The notes: generated from the letters alone by a model not told the origin. A stretch of 64,000 bases of DNA from an uncultured delta proteobacterium (GCA_963724765.1 CAVRVY010000003.1:1184001-1248000), one strand, 5' to 3'. Positions 40,584 to 50,391 are shown, counted from the first letter of the stretch. Made by a program: numbers and translations.

Positions 40584-41420
40584 ATGATCAAGCGCATTGT
40601 CGTCGGCATCGACACCTCCGAGCATTCCCGCGTGGCCCAAGCCTACGCCTTCGCGCTGGCGCGCCGCCTGGGCGCCACCCTCATCGGATTGCACGTCGTC
40701 GACATCGTTTCGATCGAGGGCTCGTTCTTCCATGATATCTCAGGCTCGCTCGGACTAGAACCCTATCTCGACTTCTCTTCCCGGATGCGCGAGGTGCTGA
40801 CCGCGCGCGGACGGGCGGTGGTGGACGAATTCTGCGCGGCGGCGGAGCGCGAGCAGATCGCGGCCGAGCCGCTGATCGACATGGGCGTGGTGGCCAATCA
40901 GATTTGCGAGCGGGCCAAGGCCGCCGACCTGGTGATGATCGGCCATCGCGGGGTCCACGAGCGCTTCTCGACGGGGCTGCTGGGCTCGACCGCCGAGAGC
41001 GTGGCGCGCAAGAGCCCGCGGCCGCTCATCGTCTCGCCCAAGCGCCTGCGCGAGATCAAAAGGCTGACCCTCGCCTACGACGGCAGCGACCGGGCGTCCA
41101 AGGCGATGCACGCGGCGGCGGAGTTCGCCACTGAACTCGGCGCGCCGCTGACGGTGATAACCGTCGCGCGCGAGCCAAAGATGGGCGAGCGGGTGATGGG
41201 CGAAGCGCGCCACTACCTCGAGCCCTATCGCGTCGAGACCTCGTTCAAGCTGCTGAGCGGCCACGCGCACGAGGAGATCGTGCGCTTCCTGCGCGAGAGC
41301 GAGACCGATCTGCTGTTCATCGGCGCATACGGCCACAGCCGGATAATCGAGATGGTGCTGGGCTCGACCACGGAGTACGTGCTGCGCAATGCGCCTTGTC
41401 CGGTATTTCTGTCGCGCTAA
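40584..41420 (+). CDS. Universal stress protein (two Usp domains)
   Basis: IVVGIDTS, LLGSTAE, LAYDGS, GAYGHS..LGSTT..APCPV. Confidence 0.92.
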   Translation: MIKRIVVGIDTSEHSRVAQAYAFALARRLGATLIGLHVVDIVSIEGSFFHDISGSLGLEPYLDFSSRMREVLTARGRAVVDEFCAAAEREQIAAEPLIDMGVVANQICERAKAADLVMIGHRGVHERFSTGLLGSTAESVARKSPRPLIVSPKRLREIKRLTLAYDGSDRASKAMHAAAEFATELGAPLTVITVAREPKMGERVMGEARHYLEPYRVETSFKLLSGHAHEEIVRFLRESETDLLFIGAYGHSRIIEMVLGSTTEYVLRNAPCPVFLSR

Positions 41421-41665
41421 GCCGTAGCGCGGCTCCTGTGGAGAATTGTTCCCCGGTTGACAGTTTTTACGCGTGGAGCTAGCGTCAAAAGCTGTTTTCA
41501 AGCGTTATTGCTGATTGCGGGCTCGAATTACTCGCTTCGTTTGCAACTGCACGATTCTTGCATTTTCGGAGCGCTATAAGCTGACGCGCCTGATGCCCGT
41601 TTTCGGAGGCGTCGGGCAATTTGGATCAAGGCTTGCCGTCATCCACGAACGGCAAGGAAGGGGAA

Positions 41666-42325
41666 GTGCGGAAGGTGCGAAAAAAACTCGGAACCTACCT
41701 GGTCTGCGTGGCGATCGTGAGCTTGGCCGCTGGTTGCTCGTCGATGTCGCCTGAGCGTGAAAAAGGCTGTCTGATTGGCGCAGGGCTCGGCGCTCTCGCG
41801 GGCGGTGGCATCGCCGCGGGTGCGATTGCCGACGGCCACGGACATTCGAGATCCTACGAGATTGGCGTTCCAGCCGGCGCCGTTGCCGGTGCGCTCGTGG
41901 GCGGGATCATAGGATGCATGGCGGTCAAGGAAGCACCGCCACCGCCGCCGCCCCCTCCGCCGCCGCCACCGCCTCCTCCGCCGCCGGAGAAGATCATCCT
42001 GCGTGGCGTCCACTTTGACTTTGACAAGTCAAACATCCGCCCGCAGGATGCGGCCGTGCTCGACGAGGCCGCGGAAACCCTGAAGTCGCACCAGAACGTG
42101 TCGGTCAACGTCAATGGCTATTGCGACGCGATCGGCTCGGTCAGGTACAACCTAAGGCTCTCCGAGCGCCGGTCCAACGCGGTCGTGAGATACCTCGCCG
42201 ACCACGGTGTGGCGGAAGGGCGCCTGAGCCCGCACGGCTATGGGAAGACGGACTTCGTTGCCACCAACAAGACCGCCGAAGGACGGGCCCAGAACCGCCG
42301 GGTCGAACTGGTGCCGAACCAGTAA
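41666..42325 (+). CDS. OmpA-family lipoprotein with glycine zipper and poly-Pro linker
   Basis: Lipobox AAGC; VHFDFDKS, YNLRLSERR, GRAQNRRVE. Confidence 0.9.
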   Translation: MRKVRKKLGTYLVCVAIVSLAAGCSSMSPEREKGCLIGAGLGALAGGGIAAGAIADGHGHSRSYEIGVPAGAVAGALVGGIIGCMAVKEAPPPPPPPPPPPPPPPPPEKIILRGVHFDFDKSNIRPQDAAVLDEAAETLKSHQNVSVNVNGYCDAIGSVRYNLRLSERRSNAVVRYLADHGVAEGRLSPHGYGKTDFVATNKTAEGRAQNRRVELVPNQ

Positions 42326-42339
42326 CGAATATCAGTCTG

Positions 42340-42376
42340 CTGGCGACGCGCGGATTCAGAATCCGCGCGTCGCCAG
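42340..42376. repeat. Perfect 18-bp inverted repeat with 1-nt centre
   Basis: CTGGCGACGCGCGGATTC-A-GAATCCGCGCGTCGCCAG. Confidence 0.9.
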
Positions 42377-42475
42377 AACTTCGCTGGCGGGCGTGCGGTT
42401 GCCCGTGCAACTGATCATCCGCGGGGCGCGCAGGCGCTCTATCGAGTAGCCCAGCTTGCGATACAGCCGCACAAT
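42356..42475 (-). pseudogene. Relic 3' end of a second Dam-type methylase
   Basis: LYRKLGYS..APRMISCTGNRTPASEVLATRGF* resembles the C-terminus of 44137-44946. Confidence 0.8.
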
Positions 42476-42505
42476 CAGCATCCTTATCGATTCGATCGGC
42501 TGAAT
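42476..42505. repeat. 30-bp direct repeat, copy 1
   Basis: 27/30 identical to 45077-45106. Confidence 0.85.
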
Positions 42506-42554
42506 TGTCGGCGGCGACCCAGCCGCAACCAGCCTCCCGTCCCAGTTTCGACGA

Positions 42555-43628
42555 CTAGCCAGGACCTTCATCGAGTATTGACGGTTCAGTTTCTACACTT
42601 TCGCATCCGGGCAAGATGGTTGTGGCCACACGATCAGTGAGACCCTGGCTTCGACGGGCCCGAAGGACTTCACTGTAGAGAGCCATTAGTTCTGCCGCGC
42701 CCGTCGTCCTCTCGATTTGGGTCAATGGCCATCCGGTGCATCCGTAAGAGATTTTGTGAATCAACGATCCGGTGAATGGTGGCGCGAGCGCAAAATCGAA
42801 CGCCACGGGGGTCACGTGGCTGCCGGGCGCAAGCCTGAATGCTTCAGGGCACACGACCGATACAATCGCACCTAGAACGGATTCGCCTGTCCAATCGGGA
42901 CGTCTCACATTGGTGATCAGTTCTGTCCCACCGCCCGGCGGCCACAAATGGGAATTGACATAGACATCTCTCGCTACTCCCGGGCCGCGATTGTGCAGCC
43001 CGAGCACCGCGGTAAACTGCAGGATCGGCTCTTGGTCCGCCTGCGAAACTGGCGCTATTCTAGGTTTCTGGACGAACCAGTTGTGAAACAGCGACGGTTG
43101 CGGTTGTTTTCCGAACATCCCAGCAAGAACTCCGTGCAGCGTCGGGGTAAAGTTCGAGCCCGCCCGCACGTAGTACTGAAGCGGTTGAACGCACTGGTGA
43201 GGTGCCAAGTAACTCTTCGCTATATATGTGACAACGAATCCGTTGTTAGGTTCAGACGATTCGACAGCCGCGTGGCGGACGTCGGGATGTGGCGGGATTG
43301 TGCAGCCGGACACGGCACCTTCCAAACTACTTACAAAACGCTTGGGATTTACGATATGAACCTTAGCTGCGGCTACGTCGCCCACTTCAGAGCGCTCCCT
43401 GCAGTCCACACCCCAAACGATTACGCCGCCTTCGGAGTTCCCAAAACCGGAGATCGCTTTCCCTAGGTTCTTCCGATCGGTGTCATGCAATCTGCGCCCT
43501 ATGCCATTGTCTGTAGAGCGCTTGAAATCTAAAAAAAGTTCCTCGCTTTGGCGATCCTCGATGAGAGCGTCGATCGCCGCTTCACCCTGTGTGGAGAGCC
43601 GCTCGAAGAGATCTTCTGCGCGTCCCAT
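42555..43628 (-). CDS. Schlafen/AlbA_2 domain protein with unknown C-terminal domain
   Basis: EELFLDFK, ISGFGNSEGGVIVWGV, PHQ, YYVRAG. Confidence 0.82.
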   Translation of the reverse strand: MGRAEDLFERLSTQGEAAIDALIEDRQSEELFLDFKRSTDNGIGRRLHDTDRKNLGKAISGFGNSEGGVIVWGVDCRERSEVGDVAAAKVHIVNPKRFVSSLEGAVSGCTIPPHPDVRHAAVESSEPNNGFVVTYIAKSYLAPHQCVQPLQYYVRAGSNFTPTLHGVLAGMFGKQPQPSLFHNWFVQKPRIAPVSQADQEPILQFTAVLGLHNRGPGVARDVYVNSHLWPPGGGTELITNVRRPDWTGESVLGAIVSVVCPEAFRLAPGSHVTPVAFDFALAPPFTGSLIHKISYGCTGWPLTQIERTTGAAELMALYSEVLRARRSQGLTDRVATTILPGCESVETEPSILDEGPG

Positions 43629-43706
43629 GTGCTATCCCAATTGTTACTTTGTTACACGTGCCATCGCAGAACTCGCTGAATGCGGTAGCCCACGTCCTCT
43701 GAGTGG

Positions 43707-44132
43707 CTAAAGATGCCCCTTGTTCGCTCGACCTACGAACTCTTCGAGCGTCACCACGCGGACCCTGTCTGCGAATGTCAAATGCTTGTTGAGCCCGCCG
43801 CCTGTGTAAAAACTGCGAAGCTTCCAGCCACCACCACCGAGCACAACATACGCTGCGGAATATCTCTCTCCGCTAGACATGATGGCCTCGGCAAGACAGA
43901 TTACCTCGAAAGGGACCTTTTGTTCCGCTGTGCCAGAAGTCTGTTGCCATTTTAGTGAAATCAGATAGCTCCGACCGGATGGGTCGCCAGCGACAACGTC
44001 GACCAGATGCCTCCCGCCACCTAGCCGCAGTCCGACATGCACTTGGGTCTCGTACGAGTAATGGCCCTGTTCGAGAGCGGGGAGCACCATTCTTTCCAGA
44101 ACTCCGCCCGTTCGGGTGTCGCGCGGAGCCAT
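43707..44132 (-). CDS. PD-(D/E)XK nuclease, putative restriction endonuclease
   Basis: VD..SLKWQQTSGTAEQK; directly downstream of the methylase. Confidence 0.75.
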   Translation of the reverse strand: MAPRDTRTGGVLERMVLPALEQGHYSYETQVHVGLRLGGGRHLVDVVAGDPSGRSYLISLKWQQTSGTAEQKVPFEVICLAEAIMSSGERYSAAYVVLGGGGWKLRSFYTGGGLNKHLTFADRVRVVTLEEFVGRANKGHL

Positions 44133-44136
44133 GACT

Positions 44137-44946
44137 CTAAAGCCCTTTGGTCGCCAAAACTTCCAGAGCGCGCGTCCTGTCGCCCGTGCAACTTATCATG
44201 CGAGGTGCCTTGAAGGTGGTTCTCACCGAAAAGCCGAGTCTTTTGTAAAGCGCCATTATTCGATCTGTCGCCTGATTTGAGAGTACGACCGGGCCGCGAT
44301 GGCGAGCGAGATACTCCGCTAGGCGCACCTGCTCTTCCCAGCCAAATTGCTGCTTCGAATACTGCGTGAACTCGACGTCGTAGGGCGGGTCGGCATAGAT
44401 GAAGTCGCGCGCTTCGAGATTCAGCGCCTCGAAGTCACCCGCCGAGAAATTCCATTCCCTGAACGTCGCACGATAGGCCGAGAAGTCCGCTACATAGTTG
44501 ATTCGCCGGTAGCGGCCGAATGGGACGTTGAATTCGCCCTTGCGGTTGAAGCGGCAGAGCCCGTTATAGCCAGTGCGATTGAGATAGTAAAAGAGGCTTG
44601 CGGCTTCGGGGGCGTTCTCGTTTCCCTGCGTGATCAGTCTGTTGAAGCGTTCGCGATGGGCGTAGAAGAGCTCAGAATCGTTGCGCATCTCCAGCTCTAT
44701 TTTCAGGCCGCGCTTCAGCCACCGGTAAAAATTGATGACGTGCTCATTCACGTCATTGAGGAGGGCACGTGCCGGCATTAGTCCCAGCGCGACCGCCAGG
44801 CCGCCGCATAAGGGTTCAACCAGTCGCCGATGTTGATGAGGAATCCATAGTTGCCTCAGGTGCGGCACGAGCCAGCGCTTTCCACCCGCCCACTTCAGAG
44901 GGGGTCTGATTGTGGGAACCGCTATTAGATCCAGCGCCGCCGCCAT
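44137..44946 (-). CDS. DNA adenine methylase (Dam/D12 class)
   Basis: LKWAGGK, LNRTGYNGLCRFN, FNVPFG, DPPY. Confidence 0.93.
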   Translation of the reverse strand: MAAALDLIAVPTIRPPLKWAGGKRWLVPHLRQLWIPHQHRRLVEPLCGGLAVALGLMPARALLNDVNEHVINFYRWLKRGLKIELEMRNDSELFYAHRERFNRLITQGNENAPEAASLFYYLNRTGYNGLCRFNRKGEFNVPFGRYRRINYVADFSAYRATFREWNFSAGDFEALNLEARDFIYADPPYDVEFTQYSKQQFGWEEQVRLAEYLARHRGPVVLSNQATDRIMALYKRLGFSVRTTFKAPRMISCTGDRTRALEVLATKGL

Positions 44947-45031
44947 CCCGCTATCCTATAGGTTGTGATGCTCAGCATGCACAACAAACGCAATGCATCT
45001 TTGTCCACACTGTTCGTGCCTGGCGCGGCGC

Positions 45032-45636
45032 TCACGCCTGCGGCTCCGCGGCGCGGCGCTCGATGAAGCGTGCGAGCAGCATCCGCATCGACTCGATCGG
45101 CTGAATCCCGGTGAGCGGAAAGTCGCCCAGGATGAAACTCGGATAGCCGAGCGCGGAAAAGCGGTCCGCCTCGGCCTTGTTCGCGGCGATCCGCGCGGCC
45201 ATCCGGCCCGCTCGACCCGGTCGCGAAAGTGCGCGGGTTCCAGACCGGCGCGCGCGGCGATCGCGCTCAGCACGTCGAGGTTGCCGATCTCCGCGCGCTG
45301 CTCGAAGGCCGCGCGAAAGACCGCGTCATGATACGCCGCGAACGCTCCCGCCTCGCGCGCGAGTTCCGAGCCCTGGAGCGCCTTGTCCGAGTCGAGCCAT
45401 CGCGCGGGCGGCTCGACCGCGATGCCGGTCTCGGCGACGACGTTGCGGATCCTGCCCAACTCGAGCGGACCGAGCGGCAGCCCGGGGCGGGTGCGATAGT
45501 TGCGCAGTGCAATCGGCACGCCTTTCCATAGCGCGGTGAAGCCGAGCTCGCGTTCGAGCTGGCCGACGATGCGCCAGGCGACGTAACAGAGCGTCGAGGA
45601 ATAATCGAAATAAATCGGGATGACGATCCGCGGCAT
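45032..45636 (-). pseudogene. DsbA/FrnE-like thioredoxin-fold protein, one-base frameshift near 45203
   Basis: YFDYSSTLCY, YHDAVFRAAF; C-terminus GYPSFILG..GIQPIE is in another frame. Confidence 0.78.
45077..45106. repeat. 30-bp direct repeat, copy 2 (within the DsbA-like 3' end)
   Basis: CAGCATCCGCATCGACTCGATCGGCTGAAT. Confidence 0.85.
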
Positions 45637-45732
45637 CGTTTCTCGGTTCAAATATTGGCCTCTTACACGCGTGCGAGCAATTCCCCGGCGCCGACGCTTG
45701 CCTCCCGCTGGCCTTGGCCGCAATGCTGGAGC

Positions 45733-46260
45733 ATGGCGGTACAAAGGCGCGAAGTGTTGAAGCTCGGCGTGGTCGACCTCGGCGTAGAGCAAGCGGAACT
45801 GCCCAACGGTGTGACGGTTGACCTGGCCGTCATACGCCATCCGGGCGCCAGCGCGATCGTGGCCCTCGACGAGCATCGCCGCGTGACGCTGCTTCGTCAG
45901 TGGCGTCATGCGATGGGCGGCTGGATGTGGGAGATTCCGGCAGGATGCCGCCGCGCGGGCGAGAGCGCTCAAGCGTGCGCCGAGCGCGAGCTGAGCGAGG
46001 AGGCCGGCCTGGGAGCACGCCGCTGGGACCATCTCGGCGCAATCGTCACGATCCCCAGCTTCTGCGATGAGCGCATCGAACTCTACCTCGCGCGCGAGTT
46101 GGATGCCGTGCCGGGCGAGCTCGACCACGACGAAGTGATCAGTGCGAAGCCCGTTGCCTTGGATGAGGCGCTGGCGATGATCGTCCGCGGTGAGATGGTC
46201 GATGCGAAGTCAATCGTGGCGCTACTACGCGCGCGTGATTTTCTGGACGGAGCGCAATGA
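45733..46260 (+). CDS. NUDIX hydrolase (ADP-ribose pyrophosphatase-like)
   Basis: HPGA, EIPAG..CAERELSEEAG, DAKS. Confidence 0.92.
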   Translation: MAVQRREVLKLGVVDLGVEQAELPNGVTVDLAVIRHPGASAIVALDEHRRVTLLRQWRHAMGGWMWEIPAGCRRAGESAQACAERELSEEAGLGARRWDHLGAIVTIPSFCDERIELYLARELDAVPGELDHDEVISAKPVALDEALAMIVRGEMVDAKSIVALLRARDFLDGAQ

Positions 46261-46468
46261 AACCGTGCGTCTGAATCTTCGACAGCGGCCGACCAAACAC
46301 GGCCTGCGGAGACCGAAGCCTGATTTGACGAACTTTCGCGAACTTTCGCGACAGCCCAGGGGCTCAGGGTACCTGACCCCATGGGCCGCATGCCCCGACG
46401 CCCATTTATGGACGTACGCCACTGCTGACCGCGAATTACGCGGTCGCCTGCTAATCAGGCAGTTGCGC

Positions 46469-46678
46469 CTATTCGACGACCACTTCGTCCGGAAACAAGA
46501 AGGTGGTCGCGCCATCGTCAAATTGCACCAACAGCATACGGCGCCCAAGGTTGTCTACCGAGCGCAAAATGCGAGGTTTTTCGCTAAATCTGCTCAGGCC
46601 CTCATGGTCTCGTACCGGCTTGAGCAAACGACAATGCCGCCCAACCACCGCCTCGAAATTTGTACTTTCCATAATCAT
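46469..46678 (-). CDS. Small hypothetical protein
   Basis: GGAAAG SD upstream; beta-rich VQFDDGATTFLFPDEV. Confidence 0.55.
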   Translation of the reverse strand: MIMESTNFEAVVGRHCRLLKPVRDHEGLSRFSEKPRILRSVDNLGRRMLLVQFDDGATTFLFPDEVVVE

Positions 46679-47051
46679 TACTTTCCTTCCACCGCCAGGC
46701 CAAACTCCCCGCCCGGTCGTACTGGATCCTGCCCCGCTACGCTACAATAGCAATGATCGCGCCTATTGATTAGACGCTTTTCCGCTGACTTTGATTCTCG
46801 TCTCCAACTTAATGAAAAGCCAAAAAATCCGGGCCTTTCACAGAATCCCTGGCTCCCCGCTATTAGCGGCCACTGACGGCGCCATTAAGCGCTCTTGATT
46901 TGCGGCTGGAATCGCGTCAGGTAGAGGTGGACTGAATTGGGATGGACTGGTCTTGGGATGAGGAATTCCGCACCGCAGCACCGCCTAACCACCAATAGCT
47001 CCGTTTATCGTTAACGGACGCCCAATCTTCAGGATACCCGCTATATATATC

Positions 47052-48815
47052 ATGTCAACGCTATATCCGCTGATTATGGGCCTCGAGGTCATGGTTTCCA
47101 CTGAGCACTACCTCTCGGCCGCAGCCGGGGCCCGCCTTTTCGACCGCGGGGGCAACGCTATCGACGCCGCCGTCGCCGCAGCCTTGGTCGAGGGGGTCGT
47201 CAACCCCCACATGCACACGATCGGTGGTGAGGCGCCGATGCTCCTGCGGCTAGGGCCAACTCAGCGGGTGGTTTCGATTAACGGCAATACGATGGCGCCC
47301 GCACGCGCCACGATCGCTCATTACCGGGCGCTGGGGCTTGAGCTCGTTCCGGGCGAAGGGTTGCTTGCGGCGGGAGTGCCCGCGGCCTTTGGCGCATTCG
47401 CTTGCGCGCTGGAGAACTTCGGCACCAAATCGCTGGCCGCGGTCGCCGGCCCCGCGCTCGCGCTGTGCGAAGACGGCTTCCCGATGCATCCGGGGCTCTG
47501 CGGCGATGACGAATCGGTCGACATTCCGGGCCTCGGGCTCAGCTCGATTCGCCCCAACGCCGAGCTATATCGCACACGATGGCCGTCGACTGCGCATATC
47601 TACATGTCGGGCGGCGACCTGCCGCGCTCGGGTGACCTCATCAGGAATCCCGCACTGGCGCATTTTTTCCGCCGCTTGCTGGACGCCGAAGCTGGCGCCG
47701 CGCGCAACGGCGGGCGCGAGGCCGGACTACGTGCGGCGGTCGAGCGCTTCTACCGCGGCGATATCGCGCACGAGATTGTCGCCCACTCAGAAGCTCATGG
47801 TGGCCTGCTGGCGCTCGAGGATCTCGCCACGTTCACGACCCGAATCGAAGAGCCGGCCAGCCGCACCTACCGCGGAGCAACAGTCTTCAAGTGCGGACCG
47901 TGGTCGCAGGGGCCGGTCTTCCTGCAACAACTCGCGCTGCTCGAGGGCTTCGACCTCGGCGCGATGGGGCACAACTCGGCGGCCTACCTGCACACGCTGG
48001 TCGAAGCGGCCAAGCTCGCTTTCGCCGACCGCGAGGCCTACTACGCCGACCCCGAGTTCGTCGACGTTCCGCTCAAGGAGCTGTTCTCCGAGCGCTACGC
48101 GGCGCTACGCCGGGCGCTTATCGATCCGGCTCGCGCCTCGCTAGAGCTGCGGCCGGGCGATCCGCGTGCGATGCGCGCCGAGGCGGGCGCGGCGATACAG
48201 GCGCGTTCGTGGGGTGGAGGCACCACGCATGTCGACGCGGCCGATCGCCAAGGCAATCTGATCGCAATCACGCCCAGCGGAGCGTGGCTCCGCAGCTCGC
48301 CGGTCGCCGACGCTCTGGGCTTTCCGCTCGGCACGCGAGTGCAGACTTTTTACCTCGACGAGCGCCATCCCAATGCGCTCGCTCCGCGCAAGCGCCCGCG
48401 CACGACGCTGACGCCGTCGCTGGCGGCGACGCGCGACGGCAGATGGATTGCCTTTGGCACCCAGGGCGGCGATCAGCAGGACCAGTGGACGCTGCAGTTT
48501 TTTCTCAACCTGGCCGAGTTTGGGATGAACTTGCAGCAGGCGATCGAGGCCCCGCGCTATTCGTGCATGCATGCACCGTCGTCGTTCTATCCGCACGACG
48601 CTTACCCCGGGTTAGTGCGCCTGGAGAGCCGTATCGACGAGCGTGTGCACGCCGACCTTGCCGCGCGCGGCCACAAGGTCGAGACGCGCCCGCCATGGTG
48701 CGACGGTAACGTGCTCGCGGTGGCGCTTGACGCCGCGCGCGGGCAGCTTACGGCGGGCGCCGATCCGCGCGGACAGATTGCTGGCCTGATGCCGGCGCAG
48801 GCGATTGGCTGGTAA
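47052..48815 (+). CDS. Gamma-glutamyltransferase family protein
   Basis: GGNAIDAAVA, KLAFADRE, TTHVDAAD nucleophile, RPRTTLTP, GTQGGD, ADPR. Confidence 0.92.
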   Translation: MSTLYPLIMGLEVMVSTEHYLSAAAGARLFDRGGNAIDAAVAAALVEGVVNPHMHTIGGEAPMLLRLGPTQRVVSINGNTMAPARATIAHYRALGLELVPGEGLLAAGVPAAFGAFACALENFGTKSLAAVAGPALALCEDGFPMHPGLCGDDESVDIPGLGLSSIRPNAELYRTRWPSTAHIYMSGGDLPRSGDLIRNPALAHFFRRLLDAEAGAARNGGREAGLRAAVERFYRGDIAHEIVAHSEAHGGLLALEDLATFTTRIEEPASRTYRGATVFKCGPWSQGPVFLQQLALLEGFDLGAMGHNSAAYLHTLVEAAKLAFADREAYYADPEFVDVPLKELFSERYAALRRALIDPARASLELRPGDPRAMRAEAGAAIQARSWGGGTTHVDAADRQGNLIAITPSGAWLRSSPVADALGFPLGTRVQTFYLDERHPNALAPRKRPRTTLTPSLAATRDGRWIAFGTQGGDQQDQWTLQFFLNLAEFGMNLQQAIEAPRYSCMHAPSSFYPHDAYPGLVRLESRIDERVHADLAARGHKVETRPPWCDGNVLAVALDAARGQLTAGADPRGQIAGLMPAQAIGW

Positions 48816-48851
48816 TTAAACAGCTGGGCGGTGACATGGAGGACGCGTGTG

Positions 48852-49694
48852 ATGACGCGCGCAACGATCATTGTCAGTTCGGCGGCCGCGGCTATGGCGG
48901 TGTTCCTGGCGACAGCGGCCCTCAAGGCAAGGGCGCAGGGCGAGCTGTTCAATCCGGCGCGAATCGCCGCCGCCGTCACCAACGATCCGGCAAAAATTAT
49001 CGACCTGACCTATAGCTTCGACGCCTCGACCATCTATTGGCCCACCGAAGGCGGGTTTGAGCACAAGTTTGAACTGTTCGGAATGCAACCGGGCGGCTAT
49101 TTCTACTCCTCGGCCAGGTTCGCGGCGGCTGAGCACGGCGGCACACATATGGACGCGCCGTTAAATTTCAATCGTAACGGGATGTCGGTGGACCAGGTAC
49201 CGATGAGCTACTTCGTGGGGCCGGCGGTGATAATCGATTTCTCCGCACGCTCGCTCAACTACCCCGACGCCACGATGAGCCTCGAAGACATCCACGCGTA
49301 CGAAAGAACTCATGGCGAGATTCCCTCGGGCGCAATCGTGGTGGGGCGCTCGGGATGGGGCCGCTTTTGGCCCGACAAGAAGCACTACCTCGGCAGCGAC
49401 CAGCCGGGTGATGTCGCGCATCTGCATTTTCCCGGCTTTTCCCCCGAAGCCGTAAAATTTTTACTGACCGATCGGAACGTGATGGCGCTGGTGATCGATA
49501 CCGCCAGCCTCGACCCCGGCAACTCCAAGGACTTTCCCGTTCATCGAATGTGGCTCGGCGCCAATCGGGTAGGATTTGAAAACCTTGCCAATGCGGATAA
49601 GCTGCCGTTCAGCGGCGCGACGATCTTTTGCATTCCGATGAAGATCGATAAGGGAACGGGAGCGCCTGCACGCATTTTCGCGGTGCTCCCATAG
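48852..49694 (+). CDS. Cyclase / kynurenine formamidase family protein, exported
   Basis: IIDLTY, EHGGTHMDAP, FPGFS, DTASLD, ENLAN, GTGAPARI. Confidence 0.87.
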   Translation: MTRATIIVSSAAAAMAVFLATAALKARAQGELFNPARIAAAVTNDPAKIIDLTYSFDASTIYWPTEGGFEHKFELFGMQPGGYFYSSARFAAAEHGGTHMDAPLNFNRNGMSVDQVPMSYFVGPAVIIDFSARSLNYPDATMSLEDIHAYERTHGEIPSGAIVVGRSGWGRFWPDKKHYLGSDQPGDVAHLHFPGFSPEAVKFLLTDRNVMALVIDTASLDPGNSKDFPVHRMWLGANRVGFENLANADKLPFSGATIFCIPMKIDKGTGAPARIFAVLP

Positions 49695-49880
49695 GGGATT
49701 CACTCGCGGATTCCCGCTATTCAAGAACGAAGTCTTATGAGCGTAGCCATCGTGGCTGCGGGGGCATCAGTGCCGCGAAGTGTACCCCAAGGTGCTGCAA
49801 AAGCGGTTGCATTACCACGACTTAGCTGGCACGCAGAAGCAAAAGACTTGAAAAAAAGGTAAAATTAAATTGTTCGCCGT

Positions 49881-49896
49881 CGGCATGAAAGCTGCT
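49881..49896 (+). promoter_or_regulatory. Putative sigma54 promoter
   Basis: CGGCATGAAAGCTGCT (GG-N10-GC) preceded by an A/T tract. Confidence 0.4.
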
Positions 49897-50008
49897 CATC
49901 ATATAGTGGGCAAAAGCGGGTGGCAGCAGATTGGGCACTGAAGCAGTACCGACGGGATAAGGTACGAAACCGGGAAGGTTACTTTACGTAGACAGGAGGG
50001 GGCGAGCG

Positions 50009-50356
50009 ATGCGCAAACGCGTGGTCTCGACAATCTTAGTGGCGATGGCAGCAGTAGTTTTAGTGGCGGGATGCTCCGGGGAGCCGTTGTCGACCCGCGA
50101 AAAGGGCACGCTGATAGGTGGCGGAGTGGGCGCCGCGACCGGCGCGATTATCGGCGCCGCGGTGGGTGCACCCGGCGCGGGCGCAGCTATCGGCGGTGCG
50201 ATTGGCGGCTTGGGCGGCTTTGCGATAGGCAACTCGATGCAGAACAACGAAAACGCACAGGCACAGACCCAGAGCCAGATACAGCAACAGCAGCAACAGC
50301 TCGAGCAGCAGCGTCAACAGATCCAGCAACTCAAGCAGCAGCAGGAGACAGAGTAG
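50009..50356 (+). CDS. Glycine-zipper lipoprotein with Gln-rich tail, copy 1
   Basis: VAGC lipobox, GxxxG repeats, ends QQQETE*. Confidence 0.88.
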   Translation: MRKRVVSTILVAMAAVVLVAGCSGEPLSTREKGTLIGGGVGAATGAIIGAAVGAPGAGAAIGGAIGGLGGFAIGNSMQNNENAQAQTQSQIQQQQQQLEQQRQQIQQLKQQQETE

Positions 50357-50391
50357 TCGTTCGGAGCAGTGGTTCGACAGAGGGGAAATCC

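Noticed and set aside
41934-41987. CCG-rich repeat
   Set aside because: Poly-Pro linker of the OmpA lipoprotein.
42356-42571. 71-aa ORF as a real gene
   Set aside because: It is a chimera of spacer, dsbA repeat and dam relic.
49827-49842. TGGCACGCAGAAGC as a sigma54 site
   Set aside because: GG-GC spacing is 9 nt, not 10.
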